A stretch of DNA of 64,000 nt from Curvularia clavata. Taxonomy: Eukaryota. Below the pieces are notes generated by a model. It did no database searches and was not told the origin of the DNA. It saw nothing but the letters and a program-made list of their open reading frames with translations. A program made the position numbers and the translations under genes. The stretch lies in the NCBI GenBank assembly GCA_023920165.1, contig CP089274.1, positions 4,588,001 through 4,652,000 on the forward strand, in the 5' to 3' direction. Each line of letters opens with the position of its first letter. Within the stretch, counting starts at the first letter, position 1. This document shows positions 24,816 through 38,036 of the stretch, in pieces.

Positions 24816-25650
24816 CTAGCGTGAATCCTTGTGGACCCCTTTCCCTGATCTGGCACACGAGACGTGACTTGAACAAAGACACATACTCATGGGCCATAGA
24901 ATCTTTCGAGCTTTTGTTGTGCAACCAGGCCATTCGAAGGTATCTGGATCCTTGTATGCTGGGTATGAACGAGGATTGAGTAATTCTCTCATCTCCTCCA
25001 ACTCTCTTGGTCGCTCTTTACTACAGGTTCTTTCGTAGACCACAGTGAGGCATTTGATATACTTTAATAATAGTCGAATAGGATCGATATATCTCTAGTT
25101 ATTAAGTATATATAATAGGTTATCTCGTGGTGGTACAACACGCTAACAATTTACACACTTCAATCCTAGGGTAGGGCCTAGGTGTCTCCAGCCCTTGGCA
25201 AAAACACAGGTTAGATGTAAACTCTTAGTAAGTGTGGTAGCTAGATTTGTACCTAAACAGATATCTTGGAAAGTATTGTACAAACTTACGGAGATGAATC
25301 TACTTTCTGTTGATTTAATAGGCTGATCAACAGTGCCAAGCAGGACCATAAACATTCCTTCAGCGAGGTTTGGAAGGAATGGATCCGGAGATATCCCATA
25401 ATGAGCAAGGCAGCGTAATTTCATCGCGCTTGACGGATCACAGCTTGCTTGGCCATGTCTTGTAGGGCAGCGACCTTTGTAGTAGTCATGCCAGCGCTAC
25501 AAGCACCCCCCATTGGCCTGTAATTGAACCAACATACAGCGACCAGCTCTCATTTCCTTCGCGAGGCCTATGCTTGGTACAGTCGGTATACACGTATTGC
25601 TCGGAAATCGTCGCATTTGATAAACGCGGAAGTTGTAGGATGTGGTCTAA
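24816..25650 (-). pseudogene. Damaged gene with a GIY-YIG-like motif and GATA-like zinc finger remnant
   Basis: YVY-x17-YVGS, a frameshift, then GGCL*RWHDY...LAEGMF; GTAAGT donor at 25289; later KCVNC*...NN*RY...KCLTVVYERTCSKERP; TpA-rich. Confidence 0.45.
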
Positions 25651-25982
25651 GCTGAATTTAGAGGCGCCAAAAACGAAGACAGTTGAATCTGAAATTCCGC
25701 TCGTGACACAGTCGACGAGCTATTTGTGGTCTGCTGTACGAAACAAATGACCAAAACTAGCTGAGAAGAGAAGGAATCGAGACGGTTCCTTGTTTGAGCG
25801 CCACCGTATTGTGTTATTATTAGAAGCAAGTTTAACCAATGCTTGTAAATACTGACAACTACCTCCAATCTTGGATAGAACCCCCCAACCCGGGCTAATA
25901 CAAATGCGTGATAGTAGTTGCGCACGGACGCCATGGCTTAGCTCAGGCACCGCATTCATCTGCTGTTCACTTTAACCTACCC

Positions 25983-27864
25983 ATGGCTGCAGATACGGCC
26001 GAAGCGCAGCCGCGCACAAGTCTCGACTTCGTGGAGAGTTCTGTGCTGGAAGCTGTCGTCCCTGCAAAGTCTGAAATCGACATCAAGGACGCCATCGAGT
26101 CTTGGGACGGAATAGCAGATGATAATGGTTCCATATTGCCTTTCCTGGCACAGCGGCAGGTCCTTCTTCTTGGTATGTGCTCAGCAAGTCACCAGCGCCT
26201 GCATGTCTCTTACTCATACGTAGGCGTTTAGATGAATTACTGGCTGTATATGTTGTCTTTCGGACACCGCTGTTGGAGGACACCATCCTCAAGGCCTATC
26301 TAGCAAGATTAGTGGTCAATGTGGAAGCATTCGCATTCAGCACTGCTCCTCCACCTGAACAAGATCCCAAATCAGGGTCTCCCAAGGAGCTCATTTATTC
26401 TGGTACCATTAAGTCCACGGATGAGCCGACTATGGTGACCCGTGGCAAAGGTGATGATGCTCATACCTTTGTCATCTGGAAGGTTGATATCTTCATCGGT
26501 AAGGTCCACAGATTGCTATACATGCTATGTCTAATATCCAGTAGCCCGTCCTCAAGGCAGGTTTCACAAGCCTGCGGTTTATTTCCAACCTACAGCTTCG
26601 TTCAAGCCTGCTGAAAAGCCCGAACAAGACGCACTGGAAGATGACTACCTCCCAAGTCGTGTGCCAGTGCCGTTCAATCTACTCCAGTCATTTGAGAACG
26701 ACCCTGCTCTTGCTGGTGTTCACCCCCGGCTTTCAGCCATGCGTATCAGCAAAGTCACGCCAAGTGCCCCTATTGCAAAGGAAATGGTCCGCCCCATTCG
26801 GAATGGGCAGAAACCCATATTCAGGGTGCTGCCACCTCTGATGTGGAGGGTGAGACATTCAAGACTCCACGCTTCACTCAATGATCTCTCTTTGATCACC
26901 TCCTTGGACTTGGAAGTCGCTCAGTTTGCTACATATGAGGTTAGAATTAAAAAAGTCGCCTTAACATTGCATGGAGGCAAGACCAAGGAGTTGAGCCAGG
27001 AACAAGATGCATCAGTTAGCCACAAGCCTGGTGATCAACTGACATATCTGTACAAGACTATACCAGACCTTGCCCCGGACGGAACTCCAGCCCTCGGGAG
27101 TAAGGGTCATTATCTGACCTTGAATATTGAGGCTAGCGTCACCATGTCTAGCGATTGCCGACCGGATATTACTATTGAATGGAAAACACCTGTCGATTTT
27201 GCTTCCGAACAGATAGCCGGTCATGCAAAAGCTCTTCACCGCCCCAGCAGCTCTATGAGTCAAGCGACAAACGCATCCAACCCGGATGCACTTCATGGTT
27301 CTGATTCCCAAGAGCAGCATGGACACACGCTCCCGAGCAACGATGTGAATGTCACGCTTACAGTTTCTGGGCCGCCCAGTGTTCATGTTGGTGAGATCTT
27401 CACGTGGGATGTCTTCATTGTAAATCGGTCCGACAGAATGCGAAGGCTGGCAATCTTGGTTATTGTCAGACGGCCACGAGATGTTGAGAAACACAGACCA
27501 CAGTCATCTGCGTCATCCGTAGGCGGACTTCGTGCAGACAAACGAGAGCTGCTTGCAACCGCGATCACGGATGAGAATGTTGTTTATGCTAAGCAGAAGA
27601 GTGCGAGGACAGAGACAGCGGACCTGATCTGTTTGACAACCGACATACGCGTTGGGTACGTAAGCCAAACTGACTAGTTGCGGACCGAGAGTGCTAATCA
27701 TATGTAGGCAACTTTCACCTGGTTCATGCTACACAGCCGATCTCAAGTTACTTGCGCTTACTGCAGGCGTACTGTCTGTGGAGTCCATACGTGTTGTCGA
27801 CCTAGTCACCAACGAAGCTGTAGATATCCGCGACTTGCCCAGCATTGTTGCTGTAGCACCATGA
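25983..27864 (+). CDS. TRS65: TRAPP II subunit Trs65
   Basis: C-terminal VGEIFTWDVFIVNRS, LICLTTDIRVG..LSPGSC..LKLLALTAGVLSVESIRVVD; 3 introns. Confidence 0.85.
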
Positions 27865-28618
27865 GCTTAACTTAGATATTGTTATACCCATCCAACTTGC
27901 CCGAGTATCGCTGGAAACCAAAAACATTGCAGATTTGTACAGTATATTGCTCAGAAGCGTGCCTACCATTCTACCGTATACTTCTGACGGTGGGGCGTGG
28001 GGCCCTCCCTCTCAGCAGGTAAGCCGAGATATCCGAAGAAGTCTACGTAGCAAAACGTTGTGAGAGTAGGTGGGCAACACAGAAGATGCCATGTCAAAGT
28101 AGAATTGCATGGAACAAAGCAGTAGGCGCTCGGAGCTGGGCTGAGGCTAGCTGATGCCTGTCGCTTGATGTATGAAAGCTGCCATTGGTCCCGGCTCGTG
28201 AAACTCTCCGCCACTGCACCAAGTTCAGTCGTGCGTCAACCCCAGACAGGCTGCGCCATCTGACACTCTGTTAGCCTGCGCTGCTGCTCACAAGAAGATA
28301 ACTGACTCCTGCCCTCTGCCCACTGCCTTATCGCCCTGCGCACAACTGCTCTGATAGTAGATAGGGCTACTTGTCGCTACACACGGACCTTCGGCTGCGT
28401 TTCAGCAACGTCATCGGGCGCCATCGTCGAGCAACGCTACACCTAGAGCTTTTCGCAGGACCCAGCACTTACCATGAACAGCACCAGACACAGACTGCTT
28501 TACCAGCTCAATAGTCGCTGGATCTACGGAAAGATCGTGAGCGACCCCGCCGATAACGGCTTGATAGCCTACTGACAATGGCCAGCCGCTTCTACATTCC
28601 ATCGTCTTTCTTTTACAG

Positions 28619-29502
28619 ATGGCTGCAGTGAGTCTGCTCACGCGCAAGTACAACCAGTACTATGCGGCGCGACCAGTCCTTACCACCATGATCACCAACG
28701 CCGTATGTATCCTCCGCTCCTCGATAGGACGTCGCGCATTGTCCAAGCCCTGTGTCGCGTGCGGTCGCCACTCCGAAGTGGGCGAGTGCTGAACCCATGT
28801 CTACGCCAACCTTGAATACGTTTACAACAAATATTTTGGGAAAGAAACTAATGGTCATGCCAGATTTTGGGTGGCATTGCAGACACTGTAGCCCAGACGC
28901 TGACAGCTGTGCGAGAGCGCGCTGTTCGTAAGAAGGGCGGCCCAGGCAAAGACGATTTCCTTGCGATTGAGATTCATGACCTCGACAAGCGTAACCCCTT
29001 CAACGAGAACGATCTCATTCCCGATTCGAAGAAGTTGCCGCCGCCCTTCGACTTCGAGCGCACAACCAGATTCATGTCGTACGGTTTCCTCATGTCGCCC
29101 ATTCAACATAGGTGGTTCAGGTTCTTGTCGGCGACGTTCCCCGTGACAAAGACTGCTACATGGCTGCCAGCATTGAAGCGCGTGGCGTTTGATCAGTTTC
29201 TGTTTGCTCCGGCAGGTCTGGCAGCTTTCTTCACTTTCATGACCATCGCCGAAGGCGGCGGCAAGCGAGCTGTGCAGCGTAAGTTCCAGGACGTCTATGT
29301 GCCTGCGCTCAAGGCCAACTACATGGTCTGGCCAGCAGTGCAGATCATCAACTTCCGCATCATGCCTATCCAGTATCAGATTGTAAGTAGCCCGGCTTTG
29401 GTGCTTTGAACAGGACTAACTCTTGGCCAGCCTTTTGTATCCAGTGTAGGTATTGCCTGGACCGCTTACCTTTCCTTGACCAACTCCGCCGAAGACGCTT
29501 AA
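28619..29502 (+). CDS. SYM1: Mpv17/PMP22 family membrane protein (Sym1-like)
   Basis: RPVLTTMITNA, FDFERTTRF, KRVAFDQ, ANYMVWPAVQIINF and WTAYLS; 2 introns. Confidence 0.88.
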
Positions 29503-30276
29503 GGCTCTCCTACTGCATCAAGAAATTCCCATGTACCACTATCCTGATACTCAAAAATTGGACTATGGCGATTCTTACTTTCCCTTGCCGAATTTTTCGC
29601 GTGTTTGCACAGTCGAGTGGGCATTTGCACGGCGTAAGGTGTGTCCATGTTTTATTCTCAGTCGCTAAAGATTCTATATGCACCTTTCAATTAGATCAGA
29701 ATGAAATGCTCTTGTCATTGCACGCCACTGTTAGCCCTCTGTGAATACTGGTGATGGTGGTCGATTTCATTGGGAAAAGAAAAATTCTGGTCCTCTTGGT
29801 TGCTCTTGTAATGCGAAGCAAACGCAAGGATGTACATGCTCTTGTAGCTCTCCTCTCCGAAACCAGCCGTCACTCCCGGCCGCGGGAGGATTTGGGACCT
29901 ATCCGCGGACCCTGAGCGGCATTGGCAAAGCAAAAGTCTCCTGTTTTAGCTAATTAGTTGTTGGTTTGGTCACGCCGGATTGCTTTTTGGTGGTTCGATA
30001 AGGAGCAAGCAAGAGGCTTTGCATGCAGGAGGGACATCAGTGGACTGACTGCTGATTGCCCCGCTGCACACCCCACCAAGCCTAGCTATGACGACTAAAG
30101 CCCAACAATAAACACAAAACACCTCCCCTACCTCTTTTTCTTCCTCGATCCATATCCTCCAACGTAAGTGGGCCCTCAAACATAGCGCAAACAGTCAATT
30201 GCGCACATTGATAAATACCCTGCGAGACCAAGAGCATTGCTGAATGCGTCCTTCCAGTACACACCATACATCCACC

Positions 30277-31645
30277 ATGTCTCTTTCCAACAAGCTATCG
30301 ATCGCCGACGTCGATCTGAAGGACAAGCGCGTCCTGATCCGAGTAAGTCAAGCTTCTAGCTGTGCACATGCCTCAATGGTCGAGACTAATCACAGTAACC
30401 TATAGGTCGACTTCAACGTCCCTCTGGACGCCGATAAGAAGATCACCAACAACCAGCGCATTGTCGGCGCACTCCCCACAATCAAGTACGCCGTCGACAA
30501 TGGCGCCAAGGCAGTCATCCTCATGTCCCACCTCGGCCGGCCAGACGGTAAGCCCAACGCGAAGTACAGTCTCAAGCCGGTTGTTCCCGAACTCGAGAAG
30601 CTCCTCGGCAAGAGCGTTACCTTCACCGACGACTGCGTCGGCAAGTCGGTAGAGGATACCGTCAACAGCGCTAGCGGTGGTCAGGTCATCCTCTTGGAGA
30701 ACCTGCGCTTCCATGCCGAGGAGGAGGGTAGCTTCAAGGACGATGAGGGCAAGAAGCAGAAGGTCGACAAGAGCAAGGTCGAGGAGTTCAGGAAGGGCCT
30801 GACCGCTCTGGGCGACGTCTACATCAGTGAGGGACCCTATGAATTCTTGGGCGGAATCGCAAGGCTGACATTTCACAGACGACGCTTTTGGTACCGCTCA
30901 CCGCGCGCACAGCTCCATGGTCGGTGTCGACCTCCCACAAAAGGCTTCTGGCTTCCTTGTCAAGAAGGAGCTCGACTACTTCGCGCAAGCGCTTGAGAAC
31001 CCCAAGCGGCCTTTCCTCGCCATCCTTGGTGGTGCCAAGGTCTCTGACAAGATCCAACTGATCGACAACCTGCTTGGCAAGGTCAACAGCCTGATCATTT
31101 GCGGAGGCATGTCCTTCACCTTCAAGAAGACTCTCGAGGGCGTCAAGATTGGCGACAGCTTGTTCGACGAGGCTGGTAGCAAGACTGTCAAGGACCTCGT
31201 GGAGAAGGCGAAGAAGAACAACGTGAAGATTGTGCTGCCTGTCGACTACATCACCGCCGATAAGTTTGACAAGGACGCCAACGTCGGTTATGCTGAGGAC
31301 AAGGATGGTATCCCAGATGGCTGGATGGGTCTCGACTGCGGAGAGAAGTCGGTTAAGCTTTACAAGGAGGCCATCGACGAGGCGCAGACCATCCTCTGGA
31401 ACGGTCCCGCAGGTGTGTTCGAGTTCGATAAGTTCGCCAAGGGCACCAAGGAGACACTCGACGCTGCCGTCGCCGCTGCGCAGAGCGGCAAGATTGTCAT
31501 CATCGGTGGTGGTGACACTGCCACTGTGGCAGCCAAGTACGGTGTCGAAGACAAGCTCTCCCACGTCTCGACCGGAGGTGGTGCTTCGCTTGAGCTGCTC
31601 GAGGGTAAGGATCTGCCCGGTGTTTCGGCCCTGTCAAGTAAGTAA
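30277..31645 (+). CDS. PGK1: Phosphoglycerate kinase
   Basis: [28 protein letters not shown] and [12 protein letters not shown]; two coding introns and a likely 5'-UTR intron at 30164-30257. Confidence 0.99.
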
Positions 31646-31912
31646 ACAGTCACACTACGAGGTGAAAGGTGGCTCAAGGCAAAAGAAGGTATCTCTTCAA
31701 AGTTATGATTGTGTAGCTATAGCTCTTTCTGGTTCCAATATTATGAACCATGCTGCAATAACCGTCCTTGACTCTGTAGCTCTGGACATGCCGTGATGTT
31801 TCTGACACTTTTCCTGAGCGCTCAGGTCGTGGTCAAACTGCATTTTTATTGACTACTATTGCCGCCTTGCGGGGGAGTGCTATCGTGTCGTATCATCGTA
31901 GTGGTGCGTCGT

Positions 31913-32290
31913 TCATTTGCCCAGCTTCTTCAGCTCCTCCCTGCATGCGGTCAGCTTCAGCGCGCTGCAAAATCAGCGATGCATCTCTTACCTCAGCTGC
32001 ACAGCGAAATCATCGTTTGTGTCGTCGTCATCCCAGCTCTCTTCCCACAGGTGTGTGTTGCCGTTGGGGATCTGGGTGTCCTCTACTGTCCAGTCTAGAC
32101 CGGCCGTTAGCCAAGACCATATATGGCTGATTGCAAGACTCTTACTCTCTACCGGGAAGTCCTCAAACTCGTCATCCTCCTCGAGTTGTGTCGCCGGCTT
32201 CTTCTCGGGCGCCAGTGGTTGCTCGCCGTTCTTTGAGTCGTTGACCACGGCCTTCTTCATATCGTTGCTTCCTTGTGCTGAACCGGACAT
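31913..32290 (-). CDS. SEM1: Sem1/DSS1 proteasome lid subunit
   Basis: [11 protein letters not shown] and [21 protein letters not shown]; 2 introns. Confidence 0.95.
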
Positions 32291-32838
32291 TGTGCGGGAT
32301 CCGAATATGTGACTGGTACTGCGAAATCGTCCGGGTGTATCTGGGCTGATGGGAGGTTACGCGGTTATTGAGTTGCTGTAGGCTTGGTTGCGGCTCCAAT
32401 GTCGGAGGCGGCGGGCGATTGCCCGTAGAGCTTAGCGCATCACGTGGTAACCCATGAATCTGGGTTGTCAGGTATTAAGTTTTGGATGTCCCAGCTTGGC
32501 TTTATGTACCATTTTCTAGACTAAAGACGTTTTAATACGCTTCTACTGCTACATCTATATCGTTGCATCCGGAGTATACACGCGTCGCGGCGGACGATAG
32601 ACCTCCGGCCCCGACTAGAGTATGACGTACTTTTGTTAACTCCGAGCTGCCGATAGAGGCATTAAGCGCGTTCTCTGGATGGATTACTAGGCTATTTGAT
32701 GCCCGCTCAGCGTGCCAATTAGGCTCATCGCACTCCGCGGGTTGTTGGATTACTCTCCTTCCCTTTGATCTGCTCCACTTTCCTTTCTCTACTCTTTTGT
32801 AACATAGCTTGCTCCGTACCTACAGTCTTTTATTCAGT

Positions 32839-35415
32839 ATGTTCAAAGTCAGCGGTTGGCTGAAGGGCCACCATACGCCCGGGCACGCGAAGAGCCTGGA
32901 CTCTTTGAGCGAATTTGCACAGAGTAGGCCTCATGGTATTTACGAGCCAAAGCAACTACTGACACACAATAGTCCAGGATGCTATGGCCGGTACGGATCC
33001 GCTAGGCCGCTGCTTTGAGCGATATCAAGTACAAGACTAACAGCACGCGAGCACAGCTGTCACCTACATTATGGCCGATGATATCGAGAGCGCCGAAGCA
33101 CATCTTAACAAAGGCAGTTCGCCTTTCCACCAGGTCTGTTTTAGCGTCTAGCCTACAGGCAAAGGTTACGCAGGCCCGGGCTTACACATGACAGCTGGGG
33201 GCAGGTGTATGCGTCTTCATGAGGGCTACATTAGGATTCGAACCGGAAATCGTGCGCGAAGGTCTATACAGATACCCGTTTCTGGTGTCCCAGACCAAGA
33301 CTAACATACACTTTAGCTGCCAACGCCTTGTATGTAGCCGAGAACTCGGCCTACGAACAACAACGACGTGCCAGCAAAGACCCCAACTCGTATCGGTCAG
33401 CCATATACCCTCCAGGCACTGAATATGCCGTATGCATGGCGGAGGCACAGCTGATGAGCGCTGTCGTCGGTGTACTCAACGAGAGCTTGACCGAAGCCGT
33501 CAAGAGTTTTTACAAACTGAGGAAGGCATACCTTGCACTAGAAGGTGTGATGGAGAATGAAAAGAAATTCCTGAATGAGAGGAGCACAAGCAGCGTCAAT
33601 TCGATAGGATCACAGGGATCTTCAAAGGGAGGATCAGGTCCTTCGAGTATGAGAAGCAGTGCTGTTCAAGAATCTAAAGCCGCTACATCCGCGAATGCGT
33701 CTGCTGCAGCTTCGACTTCTAGCCTCAAACAGACTACGACAATCACCGAGCAGGGAACAAAGAAGACTGATTCACAAACAAAACAAACTACAGAAGCAGA
33801 CAATGACGACGACTTCGAATTTGTAGATGCCGCAGAAGACCGCCAGGATCCCGCGACACCTCTGGAGTACATGGGTCATGTCAATGTTGCTGTTGACGAG
33901 GATGCTTCCGTAGCAGTGGACAGTGCTCAAACCAAGGTTGAGGTGCAATCTAGCTCAGGACCGGCTCTCCCTGCAGTTGGAGAATCGCCTTCCTCATCTA
34001 TGCCGAATGCTATCGAGTATTTTGAGCAGCTCACACTGAATGATGAGGGCACACCGAGCGCAGATATTGCCACCTTCAGCGACCACCCCGTAGACGTATT
34101 TGTTCTGTCCGGATCCAACTTTTGTTTTGGAATGTTGCTGCTTATTCTCTCATTCATACCGCCTTCGTTTGCTTCCTTATTGAAGATAGTTGGGTTCAAG
34201 GGCGACAGGGAGCGAGGCATGAGGATGCTGTGGCAAGCCACCAAGTTTCACAACATCCATGGTGCCATGGCTGGCGTGGTACTCATGGGATACCTCAATG
34301 GCTTCACAAACTTCTGTGACATTATCCCCGCCAAAGGCGAGGGCTCTTACCCAAGAGAGAAGTGCCTGGCTCTGTTGCGCTATATGCGTGCACGATACCC
34401 TCAGAGCCATCTGTGGCTGCTTGAGGAATCGCGAATGTTGGCATCAGAGAAGCAGCTAGAGAAGGCTGTTGAGTTCATGGCTCATGCGGGCGAGTCGAAG
34501 CTCAAGCAGCTCGAGGCCTTGAGCTGGTTTGAACGCAGTTTGAACAACATGTACATGCATGACTATGAGGCTACTGCTTCTGGTTTTGAGAAGTGCATTT
34601 CCCTGAATAACTGGAGCCACGGACTGTACTACCACATCATCGCATCAGCCTACGTGGAGCTCTACAGACGAAACAAAACCACGAACCCCACGGAGGCGAA
34701 GAAGTACGGGGAGAAGGCTGAAGAGTACATGAAGAAAGTTATCCCAAATACAGGCAAGAAGAAGTTCATGGCTCGCCAGCTGCCATTCGACGTATTCGTC
34801 TCTCGCAAGATTCAAAAATGGGAGGCTCGTGCCAAAGAGTGGAATTGCAATCTAGTGGATGCAGTTGGGGTCTCGCCACTCGAGGAAATGATTTACTTCT
34901 GGAACGGCTACAAGCGGATGCGAGATGACCATCTCGAAGTTTCGCTCGCGAATCTGGCCTGGAGTGAATCGTCAGCTAACCCATACTGGGAGAAGGAAAG
35001 CGTAGACGAGAAGTCGATTCTCAATGTCCTCCGCGCTGCTACGCTGAGGAATATGAGTAAACCAGCCGAAGCCAAGGCTCTTTTGGAGAAGGAAGTGTTG
35101 CCCGTTGACCGCGCGCTTCTTAATGGAAACTTTAAGGACAACTGGACTGCGCCTTGTGCGCGCTACGAAATGGCTGCCAATATCTGGCGCGAGGCTGAAG
35201 TTGACGGTCATCCAGAGGCGCATCCGAAGATGTTGGCTCAGTGCAAGGATTGGCTAGAGGAGGTTACCAAGTGGGGCAGCTACGATCTAGATGCAAGGTA
35301 TGCATTTCTTTTGCCTTGTTTGTCGTTGACTATCACATGCTAACGACTACGCAGAATCGGAATGAAGGTTACGACGGGCAAGGAGACGCTGAGGAAATAT
35401 GGGATTCAGTGCTGA
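32839..35415 (+). CDS. IML2: Iml2/TTC39 family (DUF3808) TPR protein
   Basis: FMRATLGFE, AEAQLMSAVVGVLNESLTE, LLKIVGFKGDRERG, NNWSHGLYY, GVSPLEEMIYFWNG and YDLDARIGMK; several short 5' exons. Confidence 0.88.
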
Positions 35416-35702
35416 GCCATGCAGTTATGAAGAACATGTATGTGGATCTACGAAGCACATGTGAGGAGTATACGCAGAAGTTATAGAAGAGTACAATGCA
35501 GTAAGGATATACTCACTTGACTAAATTATGATGAGACCTATGGTAGTTGTGAATGTGCCGACTTGTCCATTGGTCTTCTGCAAGGGAACAATACATCGGT
35601 GAATTCTCGACAAGCCATGAGCACAACCAGCAACATTGGTACGGAACCCACCAGGTACCACACACCCAAAGAAGAAGGAACTCAGAACAGAAATCTGCCA
35701 AG

Positions 35703-35720
35703 CCCCCCCCCCCCCCCCCC
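35703..35720. repeat. C18 homopolymer
   Basis: Directly visible. Confidence 0.95.
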
Positions 35721-38036
35721 AACAACAACGCCAACCTTTAGGTCCCCTTATTTTACTGTTTGCTTGCTTTTTCCCTCCCGCGTTCCCGCCGCAGAACAGA
35801 AATATTTCCCAAAGGGGTAATGTACGATATTACAGTCGAGTATAGGACTGCGGGTGGGGCTGGTTGCATTTCTTTTTCCGGTCTTGTCTTGCTCAACAAA
35901 CGAAGAACAACCAACATAAAGCCATTTGCACAGGTCAATCAGTGATGAAGTCTAGTTACCTGAGAGGAAAGAGGGTTATTTATAGTTGTTTGTTTCGAAA
36001 GTTAAAGTTTCAGGGGGGTGGAAATGTGTTTGGCGTTGGTGTTGGCGTTTGGCGTTCAGGAGGTAACAGTACCTAGGCTAATTAGTTCGAGTTTCTGGTA
36101 TAACGCCTGGCTAGGTGGCATAATTGCAGAGGCTACATAGTTTGCTTCATACAGACGGAGTAGGCTTCCGGATTAGGATGTTCTATGAAGGATTTGGGGG
36201 GCAAATAGTGAAGATCCCGGGATAGTCGCTTGTTGCAACACTTCGACCAGACAGGCTTTATCCTTGGGTTTTCTAGTACATTGGCATGATGTCTGTGTTT
36301 GTTGCATGCTGGACACGACTTGTGTCAGCTGCATCTGGGCATGGAGATGGGGGAATCAAGTTTTGTCATGCAGTGAGTCCAGTTTACATGGACAACAGAA
36401 GGACATATTCGGATATAGAAACATGGCACAGGCAGAAAGAGATGTGGTGATGCCTAGCTAAGCACAACACGACGAACCCAACCACCTGGTTGATTCGTCG
36501 TCTTTGCCCGGTACTGTTCAAACTCAATCCACGTCGTTGTGATGCTGAGCAAGCAATGTGTAAGCGCCTTCACTCGGAGCCCTAGTCCACAAAACCCACT
36601 CGAGCAGACCGAACAGCGCCGAAAAAGCAGCGTATTTGACCGACTAGAATCAACACATTTTGGCCTGCCCTTCCCGTTGCAGTATAATAACCAAGCGGTT
36701 GGAAAGATCAAAGGGGCGGGGTGGAGCAAAACGGGGGGGAAGGGGGGGCGGGTGGTCGGTGGGCGGGGGCCTGAAAGCATCTAAGTGGCGATGTAAATCC
36801 GCCGAAGAGGGCGCATTGTTGTGGTGAATGGACATTGGCACAAAAGCAAAAAGAGAAAGAGCGAAAGGCCGACGCCGATGGTGGCCGATATGACCGTTCG
36901 GCGCCATGTGCGAAACACCAAGTTTGAACCGAAGAGGAAGTAGGTCCGATGGAGAAAGTCCGAAGTAATGCGACTGCAATCAACGGGTGATTGCTTTTTG
37001 CAGTGTCTTCCTACCGTGTACGGTAGGTTTGGATGGAGGAGAGTTTGGCGGCGCCCGGGAATAACGGACGGAGATAGGCGCATGCCGATATGTCGAGTCA
37101 AGCTTCGAGGCACAAGACTGGTCTTGGGGGGTTCTCTGAATCAGAACGAGGGTTGATAGTGAGTGCTTGTGATGACGATAGCAATGCACCCAAGAGAACT
37201 GGTTTCTGTGCTTTGCTCCTAGGTGGACCCAACTACAGTGAATACATATTCTCAGCCATGTGGTAGCTTAACACACACGCATACACCCGTCGACTCATTT
37301 GCCACCAACACAATCGTTGTCTCTGGACCTACACCTCCCAAACAATCTATCCATTTGCCTCTTATTAATCTGCATACGGAGCCATTTCCACTTCAGGCAC
37401 AGCATTCGTGGATCGCGCAGGGTGGAGTAGGAGTATCGCCGGTCTCGCCGGGCCGTGATTAACACATGCATGGTTCAACGCCGGCGGTAGTGGATCCGAT
37501 AGGGTTTACAGGGTGGACACAAGATGCCGAACATATATTTTTCCGACGCAAACAATGCAAGCGAATGGAGTTGGGCAAGGAATCATGAGGCTGTTGCTAG
37601 ACTCGCGCAAAGCGAGCTGATTGGCTGTGCTGGGATGCTTTGCATTTGACTGCGCAAGTTCAAGTGATGTGAGAATGCGACATGCGAGGGGAGGGGGAGC
37701 ATGCGGGGCTGAAGGACCCGCGCAACAGAAGTGAGGTTGAGAAGGGATGGTGAAACAAGCCTTGGTTTATTATTTGGGAACTACAAGTGCCTGGCTGGTT
37801 TGAATGGCCCCCCAACTGGACGATGCAACCAGAGAATGAGAAGCCTTAAGACCGTTCTCATACGGACTCAATGGTCATCGACTGGGCTGGTCGCAGGTAT
37901 ACTCGCAGGTATGTCGTAGCCCTGGTATCTCTTAAGCAGCGTCCAAGCATGCGAGATGTGCGCAGGGCCTTTGGTGAGTGGACACACTCTGTTGACTCGA
38001 CAACTGTCGCAAGTGCACAGTTGGCCATCATTGTCT

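Noticed and set aside
30400..31677. Long antisense ORFs over PGK1
   Set aside because: Shadow ORFs from the strong codon bias of a highly expressed gene.
36951..36965. GGAGAAAGTCC resembling an RNase P/MRP CR-I motif
   Set aside because: No matching CR-V/P4 partner was found by eye.
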